Part shown: piece by piece, positions 28,601-43,349 of the stretch | Layout: each line of letters opens with the position of its first letter | Position numbering within the stretch: the stretch's first letter is position 1 | Source of the DNA: Eledone cirrhosa | Taxonomy: Eukaryota | Reading direction: 5' to 3' | NCBI GenBank assembly: GCA_964016885.1 | Contig: OZ024748.1 | Location: 36,456,001 to 36,520,000, forward strand | DNA length: 64,000 bases | The notes under the pieces: model-generated | The model's database searches: none | What the model was told of the DNA's origin: nothing | The model's input: only the letters and a program-made list of their open reading frames with translations | Position numbers and translations under genes: made by a program

Positions 28601-31600
28601 CAGCCTCACAGTCTGTCATAGTTATAATATAAGGTTAACAACAACAACACAACCTCACAGTCTGTCATTGTTATAATATAAGGTTAACAACACAACCTCA
28701 CAGTCTGTCATAGTTATAATATAAGGTTAACAACACAACGTCACAGTCTGTCATAGTTATAATATAGGTTAACAACACAACCTCACAGTCTGTCATAGTT
28801 ATAATATAAGATTAACAACAACACAACCTCACAGTCTGTCATAGTTATAATATAAGGTTAACAACACAACGTCACAGTCTGTCATAGTTATAATATAGGT
28901 TAACAACACAACCTCACAGTCTTTCATAGTTATAATATAAGGTTAACAGCACAACCTCACAGTCTTTCATTGTTATAATATAAGGTTAACAACACAACCA
29001 CACAGTCTGTCATAGTTATAATATAAGGTTAACAACACAACCTCACAGTCTTTCATAGTTATAATATAAGGTTAACAACACAACCACACAGTCTGTCATT
29101 GTTATAATATAAGCTTAACAACACAACCACACAGTCTGTCATAGTTATAATATAAGGTTAACAACACAACCTCACAGTCTTTCATAGTTATAATATAAGG
29201 TTAACAACACAACCTCACAGTCTCTCATAGTTATAATATAAGGTTAACAACACAACCACACAGTCTGTCATAGTTATAATATAAGGTTAACAACAACACA
29301 AGCTCACAGTCTGTCATAGTTATAATATAAGGTTAACAACACAACCATACAGTCTGTCATAGTTATAATATAAGGTTAACAACAACACCAGCTCACAGTC
29401 TGTCATAGTTATAATATAAGGTTAACAACCCAACCACACAGTCTGTCATAGTTATAATATAAGGTTAACAACACAAACTCACAGTCTGTCATAGTTATAA
29501 TATAAGGTTAACAACACAAGCTCACAGTCTGTCATAGTTATAATATAAGGTTAAAAACAACACAAGCTCACAGTCTGTCATAGTTATAATATAAGGTTAA
29601 CAACACAACCTCACAGTCTGTCATAGTTATAATATAAGGTTAACAATAACACAACCTCACAGTCTGTCATAGTTATAATATAAGGTTAACAACACAAACT
29701 CACAGTCTGTCATAGTTATAATATAAGGTTAACAACAACAACACAACCTCACAGTCTGTCATAGTTATAATATAAGGTTAACAACAAGACAGCCACACAG
29801 TCTGTCATAGTTATATTATAAGGTTAACAAGATCACAGCCACACAGTGTGTCATAGTTATAATATAAGTTTAACAACACAACCTCACAGTCTGTCATAGT
29901 TATAATATAAGGTTAACAACAGCACAACCTCACAGTCTGTCATAGTTATAATATAAGGTTAACAACACAACCTCACAGTGTGTCATAGTTATAATAATAG
30001 GTTAACAACAACACAACCTCACAGTCTCTCATAGTTATAATATATGGTTAACAACACAACCTCACAGTCTTTTATAGTTATAATATAAGGTTAACAACAC
30101 AACCTCACAGTCTGTCATAGTTATAATATAAGGTTAACAACAACACAACCACACAGTCTGTCATAGTTATAATATAAGGTTAACAACACAACCTCACAGT
30201 CTGTCATAGTTATAATATAACGTTAACAACAACACAACCTCACAGTCTGTCATAGTTATAATATAAGTTTAACAACAACACAAGCTCACAGTCTGTCATA
30301 GTTATAATATAAGGTTAACAACACAACCACACAGTCTATCTTAGTTATAATTTAATGTTAACAACACAACCACACAGTCTGTCATAGTTATAATATAAGG
30401 TTAACAACAACACAGCCTCACAGTCTGTCATAGTTATAATATAAGGTTAACAACACAACCTCACAGTCTGTCATAGTTATAATATAAGGTTAACAACACA
30501 ACCTCACAGTCTGTCATAGTTATAATATAAGATTAACAACACAACCTCACAGTCTGTCATAGTTATAATATAAGGTTAACAACACAACCTCACAGTCTGT
30601 CATAGTTATAATATAAGGTTAACAACAACACAGCCTCACAGTCTCTCATAGTTATAATATAAGGTTAACAACAACACAGCCTCACAGGCTGTCATAGTTA
30701 TAATATAAGGTTAACAACAACAACACAACCTCACAGTCTGTCATAGTTATAATATAAGGTTAACAACACAACCTTACAGTCTGTCATAGTTATAATATAA
30801 GGATAACAACACAACCTCACAGTCTGTCATAGTTATAATATAAGGTTAACAACACTACCTCACAGTCTGTCATAGTTATAATATAAGGTTAACAACAACA
30901 CAGCCTCACAGTCTGTCATAGTTATAATATAAGGTTAACAACACAACCTCACAGTCTGTCATAGTTATAATATAAGGTTAACAACAACACAGCCTCACAG
31001 TCTGTCATAGTTATAATATAAGGTTAACAACAACAACACAACCTCACAGTCTGTCATTGTTATGATATAAGGTTAACAACACAACCTCACAGTCTGTCAT
31101 AGTTATAATATAAGGTTAACAACACAACGTCACAGTCTGTCATAGTTATAATATAGGTTAACAACACAACCTCACAGTCTGTCATAGTTATAATATAGGG
31201 TTAACAACAACACAACCTCACAGTCTGCCATAGTTATAATATAAGGTTGACAACACAACCTCACAGTCTTTCATAGTTATAATATAAGGTTAACAACACA
31301 ACCTCACAGTCTTTCATAGTTATAATATAAGGTTAACAACACAACCTCACAGTCTTTCATTGTTATAATATAAGGTTAACAACACAACCACACAGTCTGT
31401 CATAGTTATAATATAAGGTTAACAACATAACCACACAGTCTGTCATAGTTATAATATAAGGTTAACAACACAATCTCACAGTCTTTCATAGTTATAATAT
31501 AAGGTTAACAGCACAACCTCACAGTCTTTCATTGTTATAATATAAGGTTAACAACACAACCACACAGTCTGTCATAGTTATAATATAAGGTTAACAACAC

Positions 31601-34600
31601 AACCTCACAGTCTTTCATAGTTATAATATAAGGTTAACAACACAACCTCACAGTCTGTCATAGTTATAATATAAGGTTAACAACACAACCTTACAGTCTG
31701 TCATAGTTATAATATAAGGATAACAACACAACCTCACAGTCTGTCATAGTTATAATATAAGGTTAACAACACAACCTCACAGTCTGTCATAGTTATAATA
31801 TAAGGTTAACAACAACACAACCTCACGGTCTGTCATAGTTATAATATAAGGTTAACAACAAGACAGCCACACAGTCTGTCATAGTTATATTATAAGGTTA
31901 ACAAGATCACAGCCACACAGTGTGTCATAGTTATAATATAAGTTTAACAACACAACCTCACAGTCTGTCATAGTTATAATATAAGGTTAACAACAGCACA
32001 ACCTCACAGTCTGTCATAGTTATAATATAAGGTTAACAACACAACCTCACAGTGTGTCATAGTTATAATAATAGGTTAACAACAACACAACCTCACAGTC
32101 TCTCATAGTTATAATATATGGTTAACAACACAACCTCACAGTCTTTTATAGTTATAATATAAGGTTAACAACACAACCTCACAGTCTGTCATAGTTATAA
32201 TATAAGGTTAACAACAACACAACCACACAGTCTGTCATAGTTATAATATAAGGTTAACAACACAACCTCACAGTCTGTCATAGTTATAATATAACGTTAA
32301 CAACAACACAACCTCACAGTCTGTCATAGTTATAATATAAGTTTAACAACAACACAAGCTCACAGTCTGTCATAGTTATAATATAAGGTTAACAACACAA
32401 CCACACAGTCTATCTTAGTTATAATTTAATGTTAACAACACAACCACACAGTCTGTCATAGTTATAATATAAGGTTAACAACAACACAGCCTCACAGTCT
32501 GTCATAGTTATAATATAAGGTTAACAACACAACCTCACAGTCTGTCATAGTTATAATATAAGGTTAACAACACAACCTCACAGTCTGTCATAGTTATAAT
32601 ATAAGATTAACAACACAACCTCACAGTCTGTCATAGTTATAATATAAGGTTAACAACACAACCTCACAGTCTGTCATAGTTATAATATAAGGTTAACAAC
32701 AACACAGCCTCACAGTCTCTCATAGTTATAATATAAGGTTAACAACAACACAGCCTCACAGTCTGTCATAGTTATAATATAAGGTTAACAACAACAACAC
32801 AACCTCACAGTCTGTCATAGTTATAATATAAGGTTAACAACACAACCTTACAGTCTGTCATAGTTATAATATAAGGATAACAACACAACCTCACAGTCTG
32901 TCATAGTTATAATATAAGGTTAACAACACTACCTCACAGTCTGTCATAGTTATAATATAAGGTTAACAACAACACAGCCTCACAGTCTGTCATAGTTATA
33001 ATATAAGGTTAACAACACAACCTCACAGTCTGTCATAGTTATAATATAAGGTTAACAACAACACAGCCTCACAGTCTGTCATAGTTATAATATAAGGTTA
33101 ACAACAACAACACAACCTCACAGTCTGTCATTGTTATGATATAAGGTTAACAACACAACCTCACAGTCTGTCATAGTTATAATATAAGGTTAACAACACA
33201 ACGTCACAGTCTGTCATAGTTATAATATAGGTTAACAACACAACCTCACAGTCTGTCATAGTTATAATATAGGGTTAACAACAACACAACCTCACAGTCT
33301 GCCATAGTTATAATATAAGGTTGACAACACAACCTCACAGTCTTTCATAGTTATAATATAAGGTTAACAACACAACCTCACAGTCTTTCATAGTTATAAT
33401 ATAAGGTTAACAACACAACCTCACAGTCTTTCATTGTTATAATATAAGGTTAACAACACAACCACACAGTCTGTCATAGTTATAATATAAGGTTAACAAC
33501 ATAACCACACAGTCTGTCATAGTTATAATATAAGGTTAACAACACAATCTCACAGTCTTTCATAGTTATAATATAAGGTTAACAGCACAACCTCACAGTC
33601 TTTCATTGTTATAATATAAGGTTAACAACACAACCACACAGTCTGTCATAGTTATAATATAAGGTTAACAACACAACCTCACAGTCTTTCATAGTTATAA
33701 TATAAGGTTAACAACACAACCTCACAGTCTGTCATAGTTATAATATAAGGTTAACAACACAACCTTACAGTCTGTCATAGTTATAATATAAGGTTAACAA
33801 CAACACAACCTCACGGTCTGTCATAGTTATAATATAAGGTTAACAACAACACAGCCTCACAGTCTGTCATAGTTATAATATAAGGTTAACAACAACAACA
33901 CAACCTCACAGTCTGTCATTGTTATAATATAAGGTTAACAACACAACCTCACAGTCTGTCATAGTTATAATATAAGGTTAACAACACAACGTCACAGTCT
34001 GTCATAGTTATAATATAGGTTAACAACACAACCTCACAGTCTGTCATAGTTATAATATAAGGTTAACAACAACACAACCTCACAGTCTGCCATAGTTATA
34101 ATATAAGGTTAACAACACAACCTCACAGTCTTTCATAGTTATAATATAAGGTTAACAACACAACCTCACAGTCTTTCATAGTTATAATATAAGGTTAACA
34201 ACACAACCTCACAGTCTTTCATTGTTATAATATAAGGTTAACAACACAACCACACAGTCTGTCATAGTTATAATATAAGGTTAACAACATAACCACACAG
34301 TCTGTCATAGTTATAATATAAGGTTAACAACACAACCTCACAGTCTTTCATAGTTATAATATAAGTTTAACAACACAACCACACAGTCTGTCATATTTAT
34401 AATATAAGGTTAACAACACAACCTCACAGTCTGTCATAGTTATAATATAAGGTTAACAACACAACCTCACAGTCTGTCATAGTTATAATATAAGGTTAAC
34501 AACACAACCTCACAGTCTGTCATAGTTATAATATAAGGTTAACAACAACACAACCTCACAGTCTGTCATAGTTATAATATAAGGTTAACAACACAACCTC

Positions 34601-37600
34601 ACAGTCTTTCATAGTTATAATATAAGGTTAACAACACAACCTCACAGTCTTTCATAGTTATAATATAAGGTTAACAACACAACCTCACAGTCTTTCATTG
34701 TTATAATATAAGGTTAACAACACAACCTCACAGTCTTTTATTGTTATAATATAAGGTTAACAACACAACCACACAGTCTGTCATAGTTATAATATAAGGT
34801 TAACAACACAACCTCACAGTCTTTCATAGTTATAATATAAGGTTAACAACACAACAACACAGTCTGTCATAGTTATAATATAAGCTTAACAACACAACCA
34901 CACAGTCTGTCATAGTTATAATATAAGGTTAAGAACACAACCTCACAGTCTTTCATATTTATAATATAAGGTTAACAACACAACCTCACAGCCTCTCATA
35001 GTTATAATATAAGGTTAACAACACAACCACACAGTCTGTCATAGTTATAATATAAGTTTAACAACAACACAAGCTCACAGTCTGTTATAGTTATAATATA
35101 AGGTTAACAACACAACCACACAGTCTGTCATAGTTATAATATAAGGTTAACAACAACACCAGCTCACAGTCTGGCATAGTTATAATATAAGGTTAACAAC
35201 ACAACCACACAGTCTGTCATATTTATAATATAAGGTTAACAACACAACCTCACAGTCTGTCATAGTTATAATATAAGGTTAACAACACAACCTTACAGTC
35301 TGTCATAGTTATAATATAAGGTTAACAACACAACCTCACAGTCTGTCATAGTTATAATATAAGGTTAACAACTACACAACCTCACAGTCTTTCATAGTTA
35401 TAATATAAGGTTAACAACACAACCTCACAGTCTGTCATAGTTATAATATAAGCTTAACAACACAACCCCACAGTCTGTCATAGTTATAATATAAGGTTAA
35501 CAACACAACCTCACAGTCTTTCATAGTTATAATATAAGGTTAACAACACAACAACACAGTCTGTCATAGTTATAATATAAGCTTAACAACACAACCACAC
35601 AGTCTGTCATAGTTATAATATAAGGTTAACAACACAACCTCACAGTCTTTCATATTTATAATATAAGGTTAACAACACAACCTCACAGTCTCTCATAGTT
35701 ATAATATAAGGTTAACAACACAACCACACAGTCTGTCATAGTTATAATATAAGGTTAACAACAACACAAGCTCACAGTCTGTCATAGTTATAATATAAGG
35801 TTAACAACACAACCACACAGTCTGTCATAGTTATAATATAAGGTTAACAACAACACCAGCTCACAGTCTGTCATAGTTATAATATAAGGTTAACAACACA
35901 ACCACACAGTCTGTCATAGTTATAATATAAGGTTAACAACACAACCTCACAGTCTGTCATAGTTATAATATAAGGTTAACAACACAACCTTACAGTCTGT
36001 CATAGTTATAATATAAGGTTAACAACACAACCTTACAGTCTGTCATAGTTATAATATAAGGTTAACAACACAACCTCACAGTCTGTCATAGTTATAATAG
36101 AAGGTTAACAACTACACAACCTCACAGTCTTTCATAGTTATAATATAAGGTTAACAACACAACCTCACAGTCTGTCATAGTTATAATATAAGGTTAACAA
36201 CACAACCTCACAGTCTGTCATAGTTATAATATAAGTTTAACAACAGCACAACCTCACAGTCTGTCATAGTTATAATATAAGGTTAACAACACAACCTCAC
36301 AGTCTGTCATAGTTATAATATAAGGTTAACAACACAACCTCACAGTCTGTCATAGTTATAATATAAGGTTAACAACACAACCTCACAGTCTGTCATAGTT
36401 ATAATATAAGGTTAACAACACAACCTCACAGTCTGTCATAGTTAAAATATAAGGTTAACAACAACACAGCCTCACAGTCTCTCATAGTTATAATATAAGG
36501 TTAACAACAACACAGCCTCACAGTCTGTCATAGTTATAATATAAGGTTAACAACAACAACACAACCTCACAGTCTGTCATTGTTATAATATAAGGTTAAC
36601 AACACAACCTCACAGTCTGTCATAGTTATAATATAAGGATAACAACACAACCTCACAGTCTGTCATAGTTATAATATAAGGTTAACAACACAACCTCACA
36701 GTCTGTCATAGTTATAATATAAGGTTAACAACAACACAGCCTCACAGTCTGTCATAGTTATAATATAAGGTTAACAACAACACAGCCTCACAGTCTGTCA
36801 TAGTTATAATATAAGGTTAACAACAACAACACAACCTCACAGTCTGTCATTGTTATAATATAAGGTTAACAACACAACCTCACAGTCTGTCATAGTTATA
36901 ATATAAGGTTAACAACACAACGTCACAGTCTGTCATAGTTATAATATAGGTTAACAACACAACCTCACAGTCTGTCATAGTTATAATATAAGATTAACAA
37001 CAACACAACCTCACAGTCTGTCATAGTTATAATATAAGGTTAACAACACAACGTCACAGTCTGTCATAGTTATAATATAGGTTAACAACACAACCTCACA
37101 GTCTTTCATAGTTATAATATAAGGTTAACAGCACAACCTCACAGTCTTTCATTGTTATAATATAAGGTTAACAACACAACCACACAGTCTGTCATAGTTA
37201 TAATATAAGGTTAACAACACAACCTCACAGTCTTTCATAGTTATAATATAAGGTTAACAACACAACCACACAGTCTGTCATTGTTATAATATAAGCTTAA
37301 CAACACAACCACACAGTCTGTCATAGTTATAATATAAGGTTAACAACACAACCTCACAGTCTTTCATAGTTATAATATAAGGTTAACAACACAACCTCAC
37401 AGTCTCTCATAGTTATAATATAAGGTTAACAACACAACCACACAGTCTGTCATAGTTATAATATAAGGTTAACAACAACACAAGCTCACAGTCTGTCATA
37501 GTTATAATATAAGGTTAACAACACAACCATACAGTCTGTCATAGTTATAATATAAGGTTAACAACAACACCAGCTCACAGTCTGTCATAGTTATAATATA

Positions 37601-39760
37601 AGGTTAACAACCCAACCACACAGTCTGTCATAGTTATAATATAAGGTTAACAACACAAACTCACAGTCTGTCATAGTTATAATATAAGGTTAACAACACA
37701 AGCTCACAGTCTGTCATAGTTATAATATAAGGTTAAAAACAACACAAGCTCACAGTCTGTCATAGTTATAATATAAGGTTAACAACACAACCTCACAGTC
37801 TGTCATAGTTATAATATAAGGTTAACAATAACACAAGCTCACAGTCTGTCATAGTTATAATATAAGGTTAACAACACAAACTCACAGTCTGTCATAGTTA
37901 TAATATAAGGTTAACAACAACAACACAACCTCACAGTCTGTCATAGTTATAATATAAGGTTAACAACACAACCTCACAGTCTGTCATAGTTATAATATAA
38001 GGTTAACAACAGCACAACCTCACAGTCTGTCATAGTTATAATATAAGGTTAACAACACAACCTCACAGTGTGTCATAGTTATAATAATAGGTTAACAACA
38101 ACACAACCTCACAGTCTCTCATAGTTATAATATATGGTTAACAACACAACCTCACAGTCTTTTATAGTTATAATATAAGGTTAACAACACAACCTCACAG
38201 TCTGTCATAGTTATAATATAAGGTTAACAACAACACAACCACACAGTCTGTCATAGTTATAATATAAGGTTAACAACACAACCTCACAGTCTGTCATAGT
38301 TATAATATAACGTTAACAACAACACAACCTCACAGTCTGTCATAGTTATAATATAAGTTTAACAACAACACAAGCTCACAGTCTGTCATAGTTATAATAT
38401 AAGGTTAACAACACAACCACACAGTCTATCTTAGTTATAATTTAATGTTAACAACACAACCACACAGTCTGTCATAGTTATAATATAAGGTTAACAACAA
38501 CACAGCCTCACAGTCTGTCATAGTTATAATATAAGGTTAACAACACAACCTCACAGTCTGTCATAGTTATAATATAAGGTTAACAACACAACCTCACAGT
38601 CTGTCATAGTTATAATATAAGATTAACAACACAACCTCACAGTCTGTCATAGTTATAATATAAGGTTAACAACACAACCTCACAGTCTGTCATAGTTATA
38701 ATATAAGGTTAACAACAACACAGCCTCACAGTCTCTCATAGTTATAATATAAGGTTAACAACAACACAGCCTCACAGTCTGTCATAGTTATAATATAAGG
38801 TTAACAACAACAACACAACCTCACAGTCTGTCATAGTTATAATATAAGGTTAACAACACAACCTTACAGTCTGTCATAGTTATAATATAAGGATAACAAC
38901 ACAACCTCACAGTCTGTCATAGTTATAATATAAGGTTAACAACACTACCTCACAGTCTGTCATAGTTATAATATAAGGTTAACAACAACACAGCCTCACA
39001 GTCTGTCATAGTTATAATATAAGGTTAACAACACAACCTCACAGTCTGTCATAGTTATAATATAAGGTTAACAACAACACAGCCTCACAGTCTGTCATAG
39101 TTATAATATAAGGTTAACAACAACAACACAACCTCACAGTCTGTCATTGTTATGATATAAGGTTAACAACACAACCTCACAGTCTGTCATAGTTATAATA
39201 TAAGGTTAACAACACAACGTCACAGTCTGTCATAGTTATAATATAGGTTAACAACACAACCTCACAGTCTGTCATAGTTATAATATAAGGTTAACAACAA
39301 CACAACCTCACAGTCTGCCATAGTTATAATATAAGGTTGACAACACAACCTCACAGTCTTTCATAGTTATAATATAAGGTTAACAACACAACCTCACAGT
39401 CTTTCATAGTTATAATATAAGGTTAACAACACAACCTCACAGTCTTTCATTGTTATAATATAAGGTTAACAACACAACCACACAGTCTGTCATAGTTATA
39501 ATATAAGGTTAACAACATAACCACACAGTCTGTCATAGTTATAATATAAGGTTAACAACACAATCTCACAGTCTTTCATAGTTATAATATAAGGTTAACA
39601 GCACAACCTCACAGTCTTTCATTGTTATAATATAAGGTTAACAACACAACCACACAGTCTGTCATAGTTATAATATAAGGTTAACAACACAACCTCACAG
39701 TCTTTCATAGTTATAATATAAGGTTAACAACACAACCTCACAGTCTGTCATAGTTATAAT
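25610..39760 (+). repeat. Duplication of a block of about 6.2 kb at offset 8182 bp, with an intervening nested copy of about 2 kb
   Basis: Offset 8182 for CACGGTC 25631/33813, CAGCCTCTC 26809/34991, CAACCCC 27281/35463, GTTAAAATAT 28259/36441, AACCCAACC 29429/37611. Offset falls to 8090 after loss of two 46-bp units (AACACTACC 30851/38941). Confidence 0.88.
29770..33790 (+). repeat. Nested tandem duplication, offset 2074 bp
   Basis: AAGATCAC 29831/31905, TAACGTTAAC 30221/32295, CTACCTCA 30855/32929, TATAGGG near 31195/33268. Confidence 0.9.
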
Positions 39761-42700
39761 ATAAGGTTAACAACACAACCTCACAGTCTGTCATAGTTAT
39801 AATATAAGGTTAACAACACAACCTCACAGTCTGTCATAGTTATAATATAAGGTTAACAACAACACAGCCTCACAGTCTGTCATAGTTATAATATAAGGTT
39901 AACAACAACACAGCCTCACAGTCTGTCATAGTTATAATATAAGGTTAACAACACAACCTCACAGTCTGTCATAGTTATAATATAAGGTTAACAACACAAC
40001 CTCACAGTCTGTCATAGTTATAATATAAGGTTAACAACACAACCTCACAGTCTGTCATAGTTATAATATAAGGTTAACAACACAACCTCACAGTCTGTCA
40101 TAGCTATAATATAAGGTTAACAACAACACAGCCTCACAGTCTCTCATAGTTATAATATAAGGTTAACAACAACACAGCCTCACAGTCTGTCATAGTTATA
40201 ATATAAGGTTAACAACAACAACACAACCTCACAGTCTGTCATAGTTATAATATAAGGTTAACAACACAACCTCACAGTCTGTCATAGTTATAATATAAGG
40301 ATAACAACACAACCTCACAGTCTGTCATAGTTATAATATAAGGTTAACAACACAACCTCACAGTCTGTCATAGTTATAATATAAGGTTAACAACAACACA
40401 GCCTCACAGTCTGTCATAGTTATAATATAAGGTTAACAACAACACAGCCTCACAGTCAGTCATAGTTATAATATAAGGTTAACAACAACAACACAACCTC
40501 ACAGTCTGTCATTGTTATAATATAAGGTTAACAACACAACCTCACAGTCTGTCATAGTTATAATATAAGGTTAACAACACAACGTCACAGTCTGTCATAG
40601 TTATAATATAGGTTAACAACACAACCTCACAGTCTGTCATAGTTATAATATAAGATTAACAACAACACAACCTCACAGTCTGTCATAGTTATAATATAAG
40701 GTTAACAACACAACGTCACAGTCTGTCATAGTTATAATATAGGTTAACAACACAACCTCACAGTCTTTCATAGTTATAATATAAGGTTAACAGCACAACC
40801 TCACAGTCTTTCATTGTTATAATATAAGGTTAACAACACAACCACACAGTCTGTCATAGTTATAATATAAGGTTAACAACACAACCTCACAGTCTTTCAT
40901 AGTTATAATATAAGGTTAACAACACAACCACACAGTCTGTCATAGTTATAATATAAGGTTAACAACACAACCTCACAGTCTTTCATAGTTATAATATAAG
41001 GTTAACAACACAACCTCACAGGCTCTCATAGTTATAATATAAGGTTAACAACACAACCACACAGTCTGTCATAGTTATAATATAAGGTTAACAACAACAC
41101 AAGCTCACAGTCTGTCATAGTTATAATATAAGGTTAACAACACAACCATACAGTCTGTCATAGTTATAATATAAGGTTAACAACAACACCAGCTCACAGT
41201 CTGTCATAGTTATAATATAAGGTTAACAACCCAACCACACAGTCTGTCATAGTTATAATATAAGGTTAACAACACAAACTCACAGTCTGTCATAGTTATA
41301 ATATAAGGTTAACAACACAAGCTCACAGTCTGTCATAGTTATAATATAAGGTTAAAAACAACACAAGCTCACAGTCTGTCATAGTTATAATATAAGGTTA
41401 ACAACACAACCTCACAGTCTGTCATAGTTATAATATAAGGTTAACAATAACACAACCTCACAGTCTGTCATAGTTATAATATAAGGTTAACAACACAAAC
41501 TCACAGTCTGTCATAGTTATAATATAAGGTTAACAACAACAACACAACCTCACAGTCTGTCATAGTTATAATATAAGGTTAACAACAAGACAGCCACACA
41601 GTCTGTCATAGTTATAATATAAGGTTAACAAGAACACAGCCACACAGTGTGTCATAGTTATAATATAAGTTTAACAACACAACCTCACAGTCTGTCATAG
41701 TTATAATATAAGGTTAACAACAGCACAACCTCACAGTCTGTCATAGTTATAATATAAGGTTAACAACACAACCTCACAGTCTGTCATAGTTATAATAATA
41801 GGTTAACAACAACACAACCTCACAGTCTCTCATAGTTATAATATATGGTTAACAACACAACCTCACAGTCTTTCATAGTTATAATATAAGGTTAACAACA
41901 CAACCTCACAGTCTGTCATAGTTATAATATAAGGTTAACAACAACACAACCACACAGTCTGTCATAGTTATAATACAAGGTTAACAACACAACCTCACAG
42001 TCTGTCATAGTTATAATATAAGTTTAACAACAACACAAGCTCACAGTCTGTCATAGTTATAATATAAGGTTAACAACACAACCACACAGTCTATCTTAGT
42101 TATAATATAATGTTAACAACACAACCACACAGTCTGTCATAGTTATAATATAAGGTTAACAACAACACAGCCTCACAGTCTGTCATAGTTATAATATAAG
42201 GTTAACAACACAACCTCACAGTCTGTCATAGTTATAATATAAGGTTAACAACACAACCTCACAGTCTGTCATAGTTATAATATAAGATTAACAACACAAC
42301 CTCACAGTCTGTCATAGTTATAATATAAGGTTAACAACACAACCTCACAGTCTGTCATAGTTATAATATAAGGTTAACAACAACACAGCCTCACAGTCTC
42401 TCATAGTTATAATATAAGGTTAACAACAACACAGCCTCACAGTCTGTCATAGTTATAATATAAGGTTAACAACAACAACACAACCTCACAGTCTGTCATA
42501 GTTATAATATAAGGTTAACAACACAACCTTACAGTCTGTCATAGTTATAATATAAGGATAACAACACAACCTCACAGTCTGTGATAGTTATAATATAAGG
42601 TTAACAACACAACCTCACAGTCTGTCATAGTTATAATATAAGGTTAACAACAACACAGCCTCACAGTCTGTCATAGTTATAATATAAGGTTAACAACAAC

Positions 42701-43349
42701 AACACAACCTCACAGTCTGTCATTGTTATAATATAAGGTTAACAACACAACCTCACAGTCTGTCATAGTTATAATATAAGGTTAACAACACAACGTCACA
42801 GTCTGTCATAGTTATAATATAGGTTAACAACACAACCTCACAGTCTGTCATAGTTATAATATAAGGTTAACAACAACACAACCTCACAGTCTGCCATAGT
42901 TATAATATAAGGTTAACAACACAACCTCACAGTCTTTCATAGTTATAATATAAGGTTAACAACACAACCTCACAGTCTTTCATAGTTATAATATAAGGTT
43001 AACAACACAACCTCACAGTCTTTCATTGTTATAATATAAGGTTAACAACACAACCTCACAGTCTGTCATAGTTATAATATAAGGTTAACAACAACACAGC
43101 CTCACAGTCTGTCATAGTTATAATATAAGGTTAACAACAACACAACCACACAGTCTGTCATAGTTATAATATAAGGTTAACAACAACACAGCCTCACAGT
43201 CTGTCATAGTTATAATATAAGGTTAACAACAACAACACAACCTCACAGTCTGTCATTGTTATAATATAAGGTTAACAAGACAACCTCACAGTCTGTCATA
43301 GTTATAATATAAGGTTAACAACACAACCTCACAGTCTTTCATAGTTATA

